DNA of 64,000 nucleotides from contig CAWECL010000006.1 of the NCBI GenBank assembly GCA_963807725.1, positions 81,435-145,434 of the forward strand, given 5' to 3'. Position 1 is the stretch's first letter; each line of letters starts with the position of its first letter. Position numbers and translations under genes: made by a program. This DNA is from an uncultured Acidobacteriaceae bacterium. GTDB lineage: Bacteria > Acidobacteriota > Terriglobia > Terriglobales > Acidobacteriaceae. This document shows, in pieces, positions 1-9,418 of the stretch. The notes beneath the pieces were generated by a model. The model did no database searches. It was given only the letters and a program-made list of their open reading frames with translations, and was not told the origin of the DNA.

Positions 1-1511
1 ACGCACTGGACCAGAAGACTGTGATTCGCGCCGGCTACGGCATCTTCTATATTCCAAACTATGTCTCGTTTGGAGCCAACCCGGATAATGACATCATAAA
101 TCTGGCGACGACTCCAATCATCGCCACGACCAATGGCTACCTAACGCCGAGCGCAACCCTGAACGGCGATAACTGCACTCTGGGCGGAACCTCTTTTGCC
201 ACCTTTTCGTGTGCCGACAACAGCGGTCCATTCGGAGCGCAGGGCATTTTGGCGCCCCCCGGACGCGGCCCATTCCCGGCTAACCCACCCACCCTATCGG
301 GTTACGTAGCGGCAAACGGCTCTCCAACATTGGCACCACATGGCGACCCGAAGTACGGATATGTCGAGCAATATAACTTCGATATCCAACGTCAGCTGCC
401 AGGCGGATTCTTTGCGGATGTAGCTTACGCTGGATCGCACGGGGTGCATCTGCAGCAATACTCGACCCACATCAATCAGATTGGGGATTCTTTGGTTGCT
501 AACGCCCAGACTCAATTCAATGCGGCTCTGCCGGGCTGCTCGGGAAGTCTCAATCCGATTAGCTGCGCCAACGGTTTTGTCACGATCGACACGCCGGTTG
601 CGAACCCGTTGCTCGGTTCGCCCAATGGCAACCTAAACCAACCCACAATCCTTCAAGGACAGCTAAATCGCAGGTATCCCCAATACACCGACGTGGACCT
701 GGCGGGGTACGGCTGCTGCAGCAGCACCTACAATTCCCTGCAGGCTTCCGTCACTCGCCGGTTCGCTGGTGGCGGCACCTTGTTGGTCGCTTACACTAAC
801 GCGAAATTACTTAGCAACACCGATACCCTGACGAGCTGGTTGGAAGGTCCAACTGGAGGCGTCGGACAGGTTCAAGACTGGAACAATCTGAGTGGAGAAA
901 AGTCACTCTCCTCGCAGGACGTTTCGCAACGTTTGGTCATTAGCTACGTCTTGGATCTGCCCTTTGGCCATGGCAAGCGTTACGCCGCTGGCTTCAATGG
1001 AATCGCGGATAAAGCGGTCTCCGGTTGGGGACTCAACGGCATCACGACCTTCCAAAAAGGTTTCCCGATGAAGATCACCTGGGCCGGTCTTGCTACCTCT
1101 TTAGAAGGTGCTAACCTGGGTGTCTCCAACGTTCGGCCTGATGTTGTCTCCGGATGCGACAAGAAGGCGGGTGGCGGACACGTTGCCGAGTGGTTCAACA
1201 CCTCCTGCTTTGCGGCTCCGCCGCAATGGGGCTTTGGCTCCGAGTCCCGTACGGATCCGACCCTCAGGACGCCGGGAATCAATAACTTCGACTTCGCTAT
1301 ATTCAAGCGGACGCCAGTTACGGAGCGAGTAGGAGTCGAGTTCCGAACTGAGTTCTTCAACCTGTTCAATCATCCGTATTTTTCGCCCCCGGGGAACGGC
1401 TTCGATGGCACTCCCACAGGCAATGGATTCGGTGCGATCACATCGACAGTGCAGGGTGGTGTGGCTGCCCCGGAGCGTCTGATCCAATTTGCACTGAAGC
1501 TGGTTTTCTAA
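1..1511 (+). CDS. TonB-dependent outer-membrane receptor, C-terminal part (5' end lies outside the window)
   Basis: ORF 21..1511 stays open back to the window edge. It is a Gly/Asn/Tyr-rich beta-barrel-type sequence ending ...EFFNLFNHPYF...ERLIQFALKLVF. The decayed receptor at 39385..43014 carries the same C-terminal signature. Confidence 0.85.
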   Translation, partial: ALDQKTVIRAGYGIFYIPNYVSFGANPDNDIINLATTPIIATTNGYLTPSATLNGDNCTLGGTSFATFSCADNSGPFGAQGILAPPGRGPFPANPPTLSGYVAANGSPTLAPHGDPKYGYVEQYNFDIQRQLPGGFFADVAYAGSHGVHLQQYSTHINQIGDSLVANAQTQFNAALPGCSGSLNPISCANGFVTIDTPVANPLLGSPNGNLNQPTILQGQLNRRYPQYTDVDLAGYGCCSSTYNSLQASVTRRFAGGGTLLVAYTNAKLLSNTDTLTSWLEGPTGGVGQVQDWNNLSGEKSLSSQDVSQRLVISYVLDLPFGHGKRYAAGFNGIADKAVSGWGLNGITTFQKGFPMKITWAGLATSLEGANLGVSNVRPDVVSGCDKKAGGGHVAEWFNTSCFAAPPQWGFGSESRTDPTLRTPGINNFDFAIFKRTPVTERVGVEFRTEFFNLFNHPYFSPPGNGFDGTPTGNGFGAITSTVQGGVAAPERLIQFALKLVF

Positions 1512-1526
1512 CTTACCTCACGAAAG

Positions 1527-1560
1527 CCGGATCGGGCGATGTGCCCGGTCCGGTTTTTTT
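1527..1560 (+). terminator. Rho-independent terminator after the receptor gene
   Basis: Read as CCGGATCGGGC-gatgt-GCCCGGTCCGG followed by a T7 run, about 15 nt after the stop codon. Confidence 0.6.
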
Positions 1561-1657
1561 GTCCCTCCCCCGCTTCTTCTTCAGACGACAGTCATTAAAC
1601 GACAATCATTGCAATATTTATGAGTTTCTGTACACTTCTCCGTGTCCTCCGACCCGC

Positions 1658-2101
1658 ATGAGAAATGTCCCCGTCATCGATTACTCCGAAGCCAAAAAAA
1701 TCATTGACCTGATTGTCGAAAAAGCTACGCAGATGCAGAAGTCTGTGGTGGTGGCCGTTGCCGATCCCCACGGCGAACTGATCGCTCTGGCGCGCATGGA
1801 CGGTGCTCCCGTCTCGTCGATTCAGATAGCCGCGAACAAGGCGTACACCGCAGCGCGTGATCGCAAGACCACAAAAGAAATCGGCGAAAAAGTACGCCAT
1901 CCGGAAAAAGGCCACGACATCGCCTACTACGGGGATCCCAAGTTCGTAGGCTGGGGCGGCGGCATTCCCGTTTGGAAGGACGGAACGGTTGCCGGTGCCA
2001 TTGCAGTCAGCGGCCTCTCATCGAGCGAGGATATCGAGTTGGCCACCCTGGCGCTCGACCTGATCGGCGGCCAAAAGCCGGGCGGCCAAAAGCCCGCGTG
2101 A
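1658..2101 (+). CDS. GlcG/HbpS-like heme-binding protein (DUF336 family)
   Basis: Carries SSIQIAANKAYTAARDRKTT and GGIPVWKDGTVAGAIAVSGLSSSEDIELA, typical of GlcG/DUF336. I prefer the internal ATG (MRNVPVIDY...) over the ORF-track start at 1541, whose extension overlaps the terminator. Confidence 0.8.
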   Translation: MRNVPVIDYSEAKKIIDLIVEKATQMQKSVVVAVADPHGELIALARMDGAPVSSIQIAANKAYTAARDRKTTKEIGEKVRHPEKGHDIAYYGDPKFVGWGGGIPVWKDGTVAGAIAVSGLSSSEDIELATLALDLIGGQKPGGQKPA

Positions 2102-2139
2102 ACTCGCATTCCTGTAAACCCAGTTGAGTTGAACTTTAT

Positions 2140-4650
2140 ATGGTGGAGGCACGAATGGTTCGCAAGCCCAACAGCATTCTTGTTCTATTAGCTTTGCCTT
2201 TGTTCCTGGCATGGTCGCACGCGCAGACCGCACCCACGGATGTCGAGGCCCGCATCGACTCCATGCTCAAGAAGCTGACGATCGAAGAGAAGATCGACCT
2301 GATCGGCGGTCAGGATGACTTCTACATTCGAGCCAATGAAAAGATCGGTCTGCCGCGACTGAAGATGGCGGACGGCCCAGTTGGCGTGCGCAACTACGGT
2401 CCATCGACAGTAGTATTCGGCGGCATCGGTCTGGCGGCAACCTGGGATCCGGAAATGGCTACCCTCATCGGATCCACCATCGGTCACGACGCTCGCGCCC
2501 GCGGCGTTCATTTCATGCTTGGGCCGGGTGTGAACATTTATCGCGCGCCTCTCAACGGACGCAACTTCGAATACTTCGGCGAGGATCCGTATCTGTCGTC
2601 GCGCATCGCCGTGGCCTATATCAACGGCATGCAAAGCCAGGGAGTCAGCGCTACCATCAAGCATTTCATGGGAAACAATTCAGAATTCGATCGTCACAAC
2701 ACCGACTCGATCATCGATGAACGCACCATGCGTGAGATTTATCTTCCGGTGTTCGAAGCCGCGGTCAAGCAGGCACATGTAGGCGCCATCATGGATTCCT
2801 ACAACCTGACCAACGGCGTCCACTTGACGCAGAACGGTTACTTGAATAACGACATTGTGAGGAAAGAGTGGGGTTTCTCCGGAATCATGATGTCCGATTG
2901 GGACGCGACCTATGACGCGGTCGCGGCAGCGAATAACGGCCTCGATCTGGAAATGCCGTCGGGAAAATTCATGAATCGCGCGAACCTTCTACCCGCGATC
3001 AAGGCCGGAACGGTCAGCGAAGCCACCATCGACGAAAAGGTCCGGCGCATCCTGAGAACTGCGATTCAGTTCGGATGGCTCGACCACGACCAAACCGATT
3101 CATCTGCGCCACTTCTAAATCTTGCCGGGAAACAAGCGTCGCTCGAAGCAGCCCGCGCCGGAATGGTTCTGCTCAAGAACGACGGCAATGTTCTGCCCTT
3201 GGATAAAGCGAGCGTCAAAACCATTGCCGTTATTGGTCCCGATGCCTATCCAGCGCAGCCCGGTGGTGGAGGAAGCGCCGAAGCCAAGCCCTTTACGCAG
3301 GTTAGCTATCTCGAAGGCATCGTGAACGATTTGGGCGGCAGCGCGAAGGTTTACTATGCGCAGGGAATACCAACCCTCGAGGAGATGGCGAGGCAAACGG
3401 ATTTTACAACCGAGGCTGCCGGAGGCAAGAAGGGTTTGAAAGTAGAGTTCTTTCATAACCTCGATCTCAGCGGCCCACCAGCCCTCACCGAACATGACGA
3501 TCATCTTCATTATGTGCCGGCGCAAGCGATGGACGGCACGGATCATCCCATATCGATTCGGTGGACAGGCTTCTTCACGCCAAGTGCTCCGGGGGAATAT
3601 CTCGCGTTCGCGGAGGGCCCTGGCGAAAACGGTGGCTACCGCCTCTATATCGACAAGAAGCTCGTGATTGATTGCTGGACGCAGTGGTATGCATTCGTAA
3701 GCGAAGTTCCTGTTGTCCTGACCGCTGGCCCGCACGAAGTGCAACTCGAGTATCGCGTGAAGAAGGGATGGGGCAAGACCATAGCCAACCTCGGAATCGT
3801 CCGCCCTGAAACACTAGTCTCGGCCGAGGCAAAAGCGTTAGCCGCTCGCGCCGACGCAGTAATCGTTGCGGCCGGTTTCAACGCCGACAGCGAAGGCGAA
3901 AGTGGAGACCGCATGTTCCGGCTGCCGCCCGCGCAAGATGAACTCATCAGTCAGATGGCAGCAGTAAATAAGAAGACTGTCGTTGTCATCACTTCGGGCG
4001 GCGGAGTCGATATGGCGAAATGGGTCGATCATGTCCCGACGCTGATTGAGGCCTGGTTTCCCGGTCAGGAAGGCGGAGACGCCTTGGCGCAAATATTGTT
4101 CGGAGAATTTAATCCCTCCGGACGCTTGCCGATCTCAATCGAACGACGCTGGGAAGATAATCCAGTCCACGATAGCTACTATCCGAAAAATGGCACCAAG
4201 AAGGTCGAATACAAAGAAGGAATTTTCGTGGGCTATCGCCACTATGACAAGTCCACCACCAAACCCTTGTTCGCCTTCGGCTACGGGCTGTCCTACACGT
4301 CGTTCGCCTACAAGAATCTGACCGTTTCTCCCGCTTCAACGGACCAGCAAGTCAATCTGACGTTCGACGTCACCAACACCGGTAGCCGCGCTGGCGCAGA
4401 CGTGGCGCAGGTATTCGTAGGAGATCGTCACGCCGCGGTTCCGCGACCGGTGAAAGAGCTGAAGGGATTTGCGAGAGTAAATCTGAGTCCAGGCGAAACC
4501 AGGACCGTCACCGTTAAACTCGACAGCCGAGCCTTCTCCTACTACGACATCGGGAAACATGCATGGACAGTGGCTCCGGGAGATTTCGATATTTTTGTAG
4601 CCCGTTCCGCAGCCGATATCCAGTTGACGGGAAAAGTGACGGTGCATTAA
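2140..4650 (+). CDS. Glycoside hydrolase family 3 beta-glucosidase with PA14 insertion, secreted
   Basis: Has a signal peptide (LLALPLFLAWSHAQ), the GH3 N-domain KHFMGNN and the nucleophile context GFSGIMMSDWDA. A PA14-like insert (GLKVEFFHNLDLSGPP...YRLYIDKKLVID) and a GH3 C-domain plus Fn3-like tail follow. Confidence 0.95.
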   Translation: MVEARMVRKPNSILVLLALPLFLAWSHAQTAPTDVEARIDSMLKKLTIEEKIDLIGGQDDFYIRANEKIGLPRLKMADGPVGVRNYGPSTVVFGGIGLAATWDPEMATLIGSTIGHDARARGVHFMLGPGVNIYRAPLNGRNFEYFGEDPYLSSRIAVAYINGMQSQGVSATIKHFMGNNSEFDRHNTDSIIDERTMREIYLPVFEAAVKQAHVGAIMDSYNLTNGVHLTQNGYLNNDIVRKEWGFSGIMMSDWDATYDAVAAANNGLDLEMPSGKFMNRANLLPAIKAGTVSEATIDEKVRRILRTAIQFGWLDHDQTDSSAPLLNLAGKQASLEAARAGMVLLKNDGNVLPLDKASVKTIAVIGPDAYPAQPGGGGSAEAKPFTQVSYLEGIVNDLGGSAKVYYAQGIPTLEEMARQTDFTTEAAGGKKGLKVEFFHNLDLSGPPALTEHDDHLHYVPAQAMDGTDHPISIRWTGFFTPSAPGEYLAFAEGPGENGGYRLYIDKKLVIDCWTQWYAFVSEVPVVLTAGPHEVQLEYRVKKGWGKTIANLGIVRPETLVSAEAKALAARADAVIVAAGFNADSEGESGDRMFRLPPAQDELISQMAAVNKKTVVVITSGGGVDMAKWVDHVPTLIEAWFPGQEGGDALAQILFGEFNPSGRLPISIERRWEDNPVHDSYYPKNGTKKVEYKEGIFVGYRHYDKSTTKPLFAFGYGLSYTSFAYKNLTVSPASTDQQVNLTFDVTNTGSRAGADVAQVFVGDRHAAVPRPVKELKGFARVNLSPGETRTVTVKLDSRAFSYYDIGKHAWTVAPGDFDIFVARSAADIQLTGKVTVH

Positions 4651-4680
4651 AATCAATCATAAGCATCATCGATTCCGTCG

Positions 4681-5634
4681 TCAATCAATGCCATGAATGC
4701 GCATGTCGACTAACTGCTGAATGCTCAGGTTCTGCATTCCGCGCGAACGCAGATCACTGATGTATTCCGGCGTCACGTTGTGGATTCTCATGGCCACAAG
4801 ATCATCCGGTGCGGGGTGGGAGTAGCCCAAGCCCTGCAGTTTCTCGATGAATTCCGGTGAAACGCCGTGAATCCTGAACGCGATCAGTTCTTCCAGTTCC
4901 ACGTGATCGTAGCCGCGGCTCTTGAGTTCCGCCATCCACTCTGGAGTCGCGCCGTGAATTCTCATCGCAATCAACGTGTCTTCATCCGGTGAGTAACCGG
5001 CGTCGTGAAGAGAGCGCACCATCTGGGGCGTTACGCCGTGTATACGGAATGCCACCAGTTTGTCGCTGTCTGAAATTTTCAGACCGGCCGCGCGCAACTC
5101 GTCGATGAACGCCGAATCCACGCCGTGGATGCGAAAGGCGATTAGTTTCCCGGTATCCAGATCAGCAAGATGTTCGCTCTGTATCTGTTTGGCGAACTCC
5201 AGGCTGACATCCAGCACCGCCATACTGTACTGCTCTTCTTCGGTGTCAGCCCCATCGAGCGGCAAGCCGAGCGATCGCATCTGCTGCGCATAATTAGGAT
5301 CTGCCTGAAAGTGGAAGATCCCGGCACCTTCTCCGTTGTCGAGGAAGCCTTCACCTTCGATCTTCCCCGCGTCGCGAGTTATGACGAAACGAACGTCCTG
5401 GCGGCCGGCCTTTGAGAAATCGATGCCAGCGAAAGAACTGGTAGGCCAGTCCGACTCGTGAGTGGACCTCCCGCCCGCGTGATGTTCTATCAGAGCGAAC
5501 TCGACTTTGCCCGCGTCTGCGGACTTGCGGATGGTCCAGTTACCGCTTTGTGTGTCTCCGGCCCGGCCCTTGACCACGGCCGCCAGCAGACAAATGCCAA
5601 ATACGATGAAGGCAAGAGTTCGACGCATTCTCAT
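4681..5634 (-). CDS. Secreted protein: N-terminal ~115-aa domain plus ~5.5 copies of the 28/29-aa LIAFRIHGVTPE repeat (paralog of the BlaR1-like sensor tail)
   Basis: Has a signal peptide (LAFIVFGICLLAAVVKGRA). Repeats read LIAFRIHGVDSAFIDELRAAGL / LVAFRIHGVTPQMVRSLHDAGY / LIAMRIHGATPEWMAELKSRGY and so on. It lies 26 nt downstream of, and co-directional with, the M56 gene. Confidence 0.7.
   Translation of the reverse strand: MRMRRTLAFIVFGICLLAAVVKGRAGDTQSGNWTIRKSADAGKVEFALIEHHAGGRSTHESDWPTSSFAGIDFSKAGRQDVRFVITRDAGKIEGEGFLDNGEGAGIFHFQADPNYAQQMRSLGLPLDGADTEEEQYSMAVLDVSLEFAKQIQSEHLADLDTGKLIAFRIHGVDSAFIDELRAAGLKISDSDKLVAFRIHGVTPQMVRSLHDAGYSPDEDTLIAMRIHGATPEWMAELKSRGYDHVELEELIAFRIHGVSPEFIEKLQGLGYSHPAPDDLVAMRIHNVTPEYISDLRSRGMQNLSIQQLVDMRIHGID
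4684..5229 (-). repeat. Tandem coding repeat, 28/29-aa unit (~84-87 nt), ~5.5-6.5 copies
   Basis: The periodicity is visible in the translation of ORF 4681..5634, with consensus L[IV]A[FM]RIHGVTPE[FY]hxxLxxxGY. Confidence 0.7.
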
Positions 5635-5660
5635 AAGAGTCTCTCCTGTAAAATTCAGCG

Positions 5661-7550
5661 CTAGATTTCGCCGCGCGTATCCAGAATGCCAATGATCTTC
5701 AGCTGAATCAGCTTCTGCAGAGTGAGGTGTTCGAATCCGTGTCGACGAGCATTCTCGATAAACTCCGGAGTGATGTCCTGAATCTTGGCGGCGATGATGT
5801 CGTCAACGTTGAAAGTAAATCCCGCCGCCTTTAGCGCCTTGATGTACTCCGGCGTCACGTCCTGGATGCGCATGGAAACAAATTCATCAACATTCGGCGC
5901 AATACCAAGTGCGCGGATGTCGCGAACGTATTCCGGAGTTACACCCTGTATGCGCAGGCTTAAGAGATGTTCAACATCGGGCTGGAGCCCTTGCGCATGC
6001 AGACTTCTTAAATATTCCGGTGTGACATCCTGGATTTTCAGCGCGATGAGTTCATCGATGCTCGGCCGGATTCCAGCTTCGTTCAAGCCACGGATGTAGG
6101 GCGCATCGACGCCCTGAATCTTCAGGCTGACAACCTGGTCTGCATCAGGATTGAGGTCCAGGCCGCGCAGGTCGTGAACATATTCGGCAGTCGCGCCCTG
6201 GATGCGCATGGCGATTAACTTCTCAGCATCGGGCTGCAAGCCCTGTTCATGCATACCTCGAACATATCCGGGTGTGACATCCTGAATCTTCAAAGCGATA
6301 AGTTGCTCGACCGTGAGATTGGCGAGACCCGCCGCCTTCATGGAGTCGATGTAGGAAAGAGTGTTGCCACTAGCGGGCTGTTGTTCATCCTTTGCAGCCG
6401 TTGCAGGCTGCGCTGGAGAAGGTTTGGCTGCAGAGGTTGGCGCGCTATCACGGGCCTGCGCCTGACTCGATTGCGGGGAAGGCGATGCGGCGGGCCGAGC
6501 GAACCGTATCTCGCTGGCGTGTACGGTGGGTTTCGGATAAGCGACGCTAAGCAAGGCATTGCCAGCAAACAGTGCTGCCGTCAGGCAGAGCAGGCCACCG
6601 GTAAGCCCTATGCCGCGCGTTTCGCTGGCCATCGACTTCCGGCCAAGCAGGCGAAAGATTCGCTCCGTTAAAGGACCGCGAGTGGCGGCCATCGCCAGGA
6701 TGGGCGCGCTCCTCCATTCCTCCATCATCGTGAGCGCCCGCGCATATTCGACAGGATTGCCGCAAACCAAGACCGCAACATCATCGCAGCAATGCTCGCG
6801 CTGGGCGCGAATGCGCTTATTCAGCCACCATACCGCGGGGTGATAGAAGAGCAGAGTCTCAACCGCAATCTGAAAAAGATTGACGAATGGATCAAGCCGC
6901 TGGATGTGCGCCAGTTCGTGCGCGATCACCGACTGTAGTTGCTCCTCAGAAAAACCGGTGAGAGCGGTTACCGGCAACAGAACAATGGGACGAAACCAGC
7001 CAATCACCGCTGGCACCTGCAACCACCCGCACTCGCGGTAATGGATGACACGCTTCAGACCCAGTTGGCGCTGCAGCGTCCGGCACATGGCAAGCACCCG
7101 GTCAGTGGGTATCGTGGATCGCTTGCGGCGTTCCCGCTCCAGAAACAGGAACCCGCCCGCAGAGCGAAGGCTTAACAACGCCACGCCCAACAACCACGCT
7201 TCTACCAGCCAGGGAAAAGTATCCACCGCGGAAAGTCGAGAGAGCCCGGCCGAGGCCGCCACCGTCACGCCTGCAGAAGCCTTGGCAGGCGCCTGTTTCG
7301 CGACCATCGCATCTGTTCTCGAGGGAGCTTCGTCCGAGGGCAGCAGGAAAAAGAATGTAGCAACCGGCGCAAACAGCATCAATACGAGAACACCGACCGC
7401 AACCGCGTAACGCGAGGAGGCCTGTCGGCAAAGACTCATTAAAACTGCGGCTAGGGCAGCGAGAGCAGTTCCTTGCCACAAAAAGTGCAGCAAGGTCCAG
7501 CCCAGGGAATGCATCGCGCTGGGAGAAAGCCAACTCGCAAGATTGGTCAT
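5661..7550 (-). CDS. BlaR1/MecR1-family M56 peptidase signal transducer with a non-PBP repeat sensor domain
   Basis: Has N-terminal TM helices and the zinc-protease motif HELAHIQRLD (HEXXH). A Pro/Ala/Ser-rich linker follows. The C-terminal part is ~7.5 copies of LIALKIQDVTPEYxxxLxxxGLxP, not a transpeptidase domain. Its start overlaps the blaI-like stop (ATGA). Confidence 0.9.
   Translation of the reverse strand: MTNLASWLSPSAMHSLGWTLLHFLWQGTALAALAAVLMSLCRQASSRYAVAVGVLVLMLFAPVATFFFLLPSDEAPSRTDAMVAKQAPAKASAGVTVAASAGLSRLSAVDTFPWLVEAWLLGVALLSLRSAGGFLFLERERRKRSTIPTDRVLAMCRTLQRQLGLKRVIHYRECGWLQVPAVIGWFRPIVLLPVTALTGFSEEQLQSVIAHELAHIQRLDPFVNLFQIAVETLLFYHPAVWWLNKRIRAQREHCCDDVAVLVCGNPVEYARALTMMEEWRSAPILAMAATRGPLTERIFRLLGRKSMASETRGIGLTGGLLCLTAALFAGNALLSVAYPKPTVHASEIRFARPAASPSPQSSQAQARDSAPTSAAKPSPAQPATAAKDEQQPASGNTLSYIDSMKAAGLANLTVEQLIALKIQDVTPGYVRGMHEQGLQPDAEKLIAMRIQGATAEYVHDLRGLDLNPDADQVVSLKIQGVDAPYIRGLNEAGIRPSIDELIALKIQDVTPEYLRSLHAQGLQPDVEHLLSLRIQGVTPEYVRDIRALGIAPNVDEFVSMRIQDVTPEYIKALKAAGFTFNVDDIIAAKIQDITPEFIENARRHGFEHLTLQKLIQLKIIGILDTRGEI
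5664..6359 (-). repeat. Tandem coding repeat, 28-aa unit (84 nt), ~7.5 copies
   Basis: Units read from the translation are LIALKIQDVTPGYVRGMHEQGLQPDAEK, LIAMRIQGATAEYVHDLRGLDLNPDADQ, VVSLKIQGVDAPYIRGLNEAGIRPSIDE, LIALKIQDVTPEYLRSLHAQGLQPDVEH, LLSLRIQGVTPEYVRDIRALGIAPNVDE, FVSMRIQDVTPEYIKALKAAGFTFNVDD and IIAAKIQDITPEFIENARRHGFEHLTLQK, plus a partial unit. Confidence 0.75.
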
Positions 7551-7957
7551 CGCCGGTTCCTTTCATGTTCGTCCAACACGCGCCGCAATTCGTCAATCTC
7601 CTCACGCGAAGCGCGACGCCCCGCCAGAGCATGCATCATCAACTGACTAGCCGAGCCTTCAAAAACGCGCTGCAGCATGTCTCCGGCAATTTGCCGCTTC
7701 GTTTGCTCGGCCGGCAGGCATGCTTCATAGACGTGCGCCCTCTGGGTTTCGTTTCGCCGAACCGTGCCTTTTGCCGTCATAATTTGCAAAAATTTCAGAA
7801 CGCTGGTGTAGCCCATCGCCCGTTTCTCTTTCCGCGTCCCTTGCAGGGAGTCCTGTACTTCGCGAACCGTGGAAGGCCCGCGAGCCCATAGCACGCGCAG
7901 AATCTCAAGTTCCGAAGCGGTGGGTTTCTGTGGCTGTTGCTTCATGAAAAGGACCAT
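7547..7957 (-). CDS. BlaI/MecI/CopY-family winged-helix transcriptional repressor
   Basis: The N-terminus LEILRVLWARGPSTVREVQDSL...GYTSVLKFLQIMTAKGTVRR is typical of the Penicillinase_R family. It has a 4-nt overlap with the downstream M56 gene. The true start may be the second Met (7945). Confidence 0.9.
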   Translation of the reverse strand: MVLFMKQQPQKPTASELEILRVLWARGPSTVREVQDSLQGTRKEKRAMGYTSVLKFLQIMTAKGTVRRNETQRAHVYEACLPAEQTKRQIAGDMLQRVFEGSASQLMMHALAGRRASREEIDELRRVLDEHERNRR

Positions 7958-7996
7958 ACTACGAAGATATTCGTAGTGTCAACGAAAATCTTCGTA
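7958..7996. promoter_or_regulatory. Two tandem palindromes (TACGAA-N4-TTCGTA), candidate BlaI-family operator
   Basis: Read as ACTACGAAgataTTCGTAGT (perfect 8+8 inverted repeat, 7958..7977). An imperfect copy AACGAAaatcTTCGTA follows at about 7981..7996. Both abut the repressor gene start. Confidence 0.5.
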
Positions 7997-8044
7997 CTTG
8001 AGAGATGGCGACGCCCATTTTTGTCTTGGGCGAGCGGAATGAGG

Positions 8045-9418
8045 CTATAGCAGCCGGTTCTGCTCGATATATTTCCTGCTGTCGAACTTTTTCCCCGTGC
8101 TTTGTCCCGACATGTAGCGAATCTGCCCAAAGATCGGACGCTCGAACCAGGGACGATCGAACTTCCCCACAATCGACCAGGCGATCCCCATATATCCATT
8201 GGGATCGCGTCCGTCGAGTTCGTACTTGTCATTCAGCCGCACTGCAATCTGAAAAGCCCGCGCGGCGGAGGGCGTCCACTCCAGAATTTTCTTCCCCCAA
8301 TACATACGAAGATAGTTGTGCATCCACCCCGTCTTTACCATCTGGATCTGCGCCGCATTCCAAAGCGGGTCGTGAGTCTCCGCGTTTTCCAATTGTTGTT
8401 CGCTGTACAACACCGGCCGCTTGTCGCGCGCGTGTTTCGACAAAGTACGATGTGCCCACGGTTCGCCGCACTCGAAATTGTCGTAGTTCGGATTAAACCG
8501 CACCAGGTTCACCGCTAGTTCACGCCAGGTGATGATCTGATTCAGGAATGCTTCCTTGTCGACCTTCGGAGCAGAGGATTTTTCAACCGCGAGCGCCACA
8601 GTCAGCGGACCAATATGTCCAAAGTGCAGATAAGGCGAAAGCCGGCTGGTACCGTTCATCTCAGGCTTATTGCGCTTAACGTTGTACCCGGCCAGTCCGT
8701 GCCTGACGAAATGTTTCAGCAGTCGGAGCGCTTCGCCGCTCCCGCCGCGAAAACCCGAAACGGGGCCAACCGACCTGTCGAGCGGCCAGTTCTCCGTGAT
8801 ATCAAGATCGGGTTCGAGCGACTGCAATCGCCTCGGCTTTTTCCAAGCCACTTTAGCCTTCTTGTTTTTCGTCGGCACCAAAAATCGCTCGAGATGTACT
8901 CGCAGTCTCGGTCGAATGATGTGCGAAGCGTATTGCGCTTTCAGCAGAAGAGCCGAGGGCACGATCACATCAGCGTCTACCGTCCAGAGGGGTACGTCGA
9001 GTTTTCGCGACGCCGAGACTCGCCAGGCTTCGGGTTCGCGCATCGGATTCTCATCCCCCACCACCAGCGACGCTTTCACTTCCGCGCAGAACTTGACCAG
9101 GCTGTGTTCCGGAAATCGCCGCAGCACAAAACCGATATTGCGCTTCTGGAGTGACTTCGCGATGTCAGCAATGCCCTCATTCAAGAAACGATAGTGTCGA
9201 AGATTGGCGTGCGGATAGAAGGGAACCGGCGCGAAGAATACGACCACCGGTTTTCCCAGCGCATTGGCCACGTCAACGGCCACGTCCAGCGCGGGATTAT
9301 CCACGCCTCGCTGGGCTCGTTGCATCCAGTAAACGACGCAGGTGCCGGCCGGATCGGGCGATCCGGAGCGTCGCACCAATACCCGGGGATCGCTAACCAG
9401 CTCCTCTAGTTCATTCAT
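8045..9418 (-). CDS. phr: Deoxyribodipyrimidine (CPD) photolyase, class II
   Basis: Carries CVVYWMQRAQRGVDNPALDVA, SRLSPYLHFGHIGP, ITWRELAVN and GWMHNYLRMYWGKKILEW, all class II photolyase signatures. Length is 457 aa. Confidence 0.9.
   Translation of the reverse strand: MNELEELVSDPRVLVRRSGSPDPAGTCVVYWMQRAQRGVDNPALDVAVDVANALGKPVVVFFAPVPFYPHANLRHYRFLNEGIADIAKSLQKRNIGFVLRRFPEHSLVKFCAEVKASLVVGDENPMREPEAWRVSASRKLDVPLWTVDADVIVPSALLLKAQYASHIIRPRLRVHLERFLVPTKNKKAKVAWKKPRRLQSLEPDLDITENWPLDRSVGPVSGFRGGSGEALRLLKHFVRHGLAGYNVKRNKPEMNGTSRLSPYLHFGHIGPLTVALAVEKSSAPKVDKEAFLNQIITWRELAVNLVRFNPNYDNFECGEPWAHRTLSKHARDKRPVLYSEQQLENAETHDPLWNAAQIQMVKTGWMHNYLRMYWGKKILEWTPSAARAFQIAVRLNDKYELDGRDPNGYMGIAWSIVGKFDRPWFERPIFGQIRYMSGQSTGKKFDSRKYIEQNRLL

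Noticed and set aside
1541-1657. The ORF track gives an upstream extension to the GlcG-like ORF.
   Set aside because: It overlaps the terminator hairpin and T-run of the preceding gene. The family-typical N-terminus begins at the Met at 1658.
2058-2095. A 15-bp tandem duplication encodes GGQKP twice at the C-terminus of the GlcG-like protein.
   Set aside because: It is real in the sequence, but it is a trivial slippage duplication in a disordered tail with no evident functional implication.
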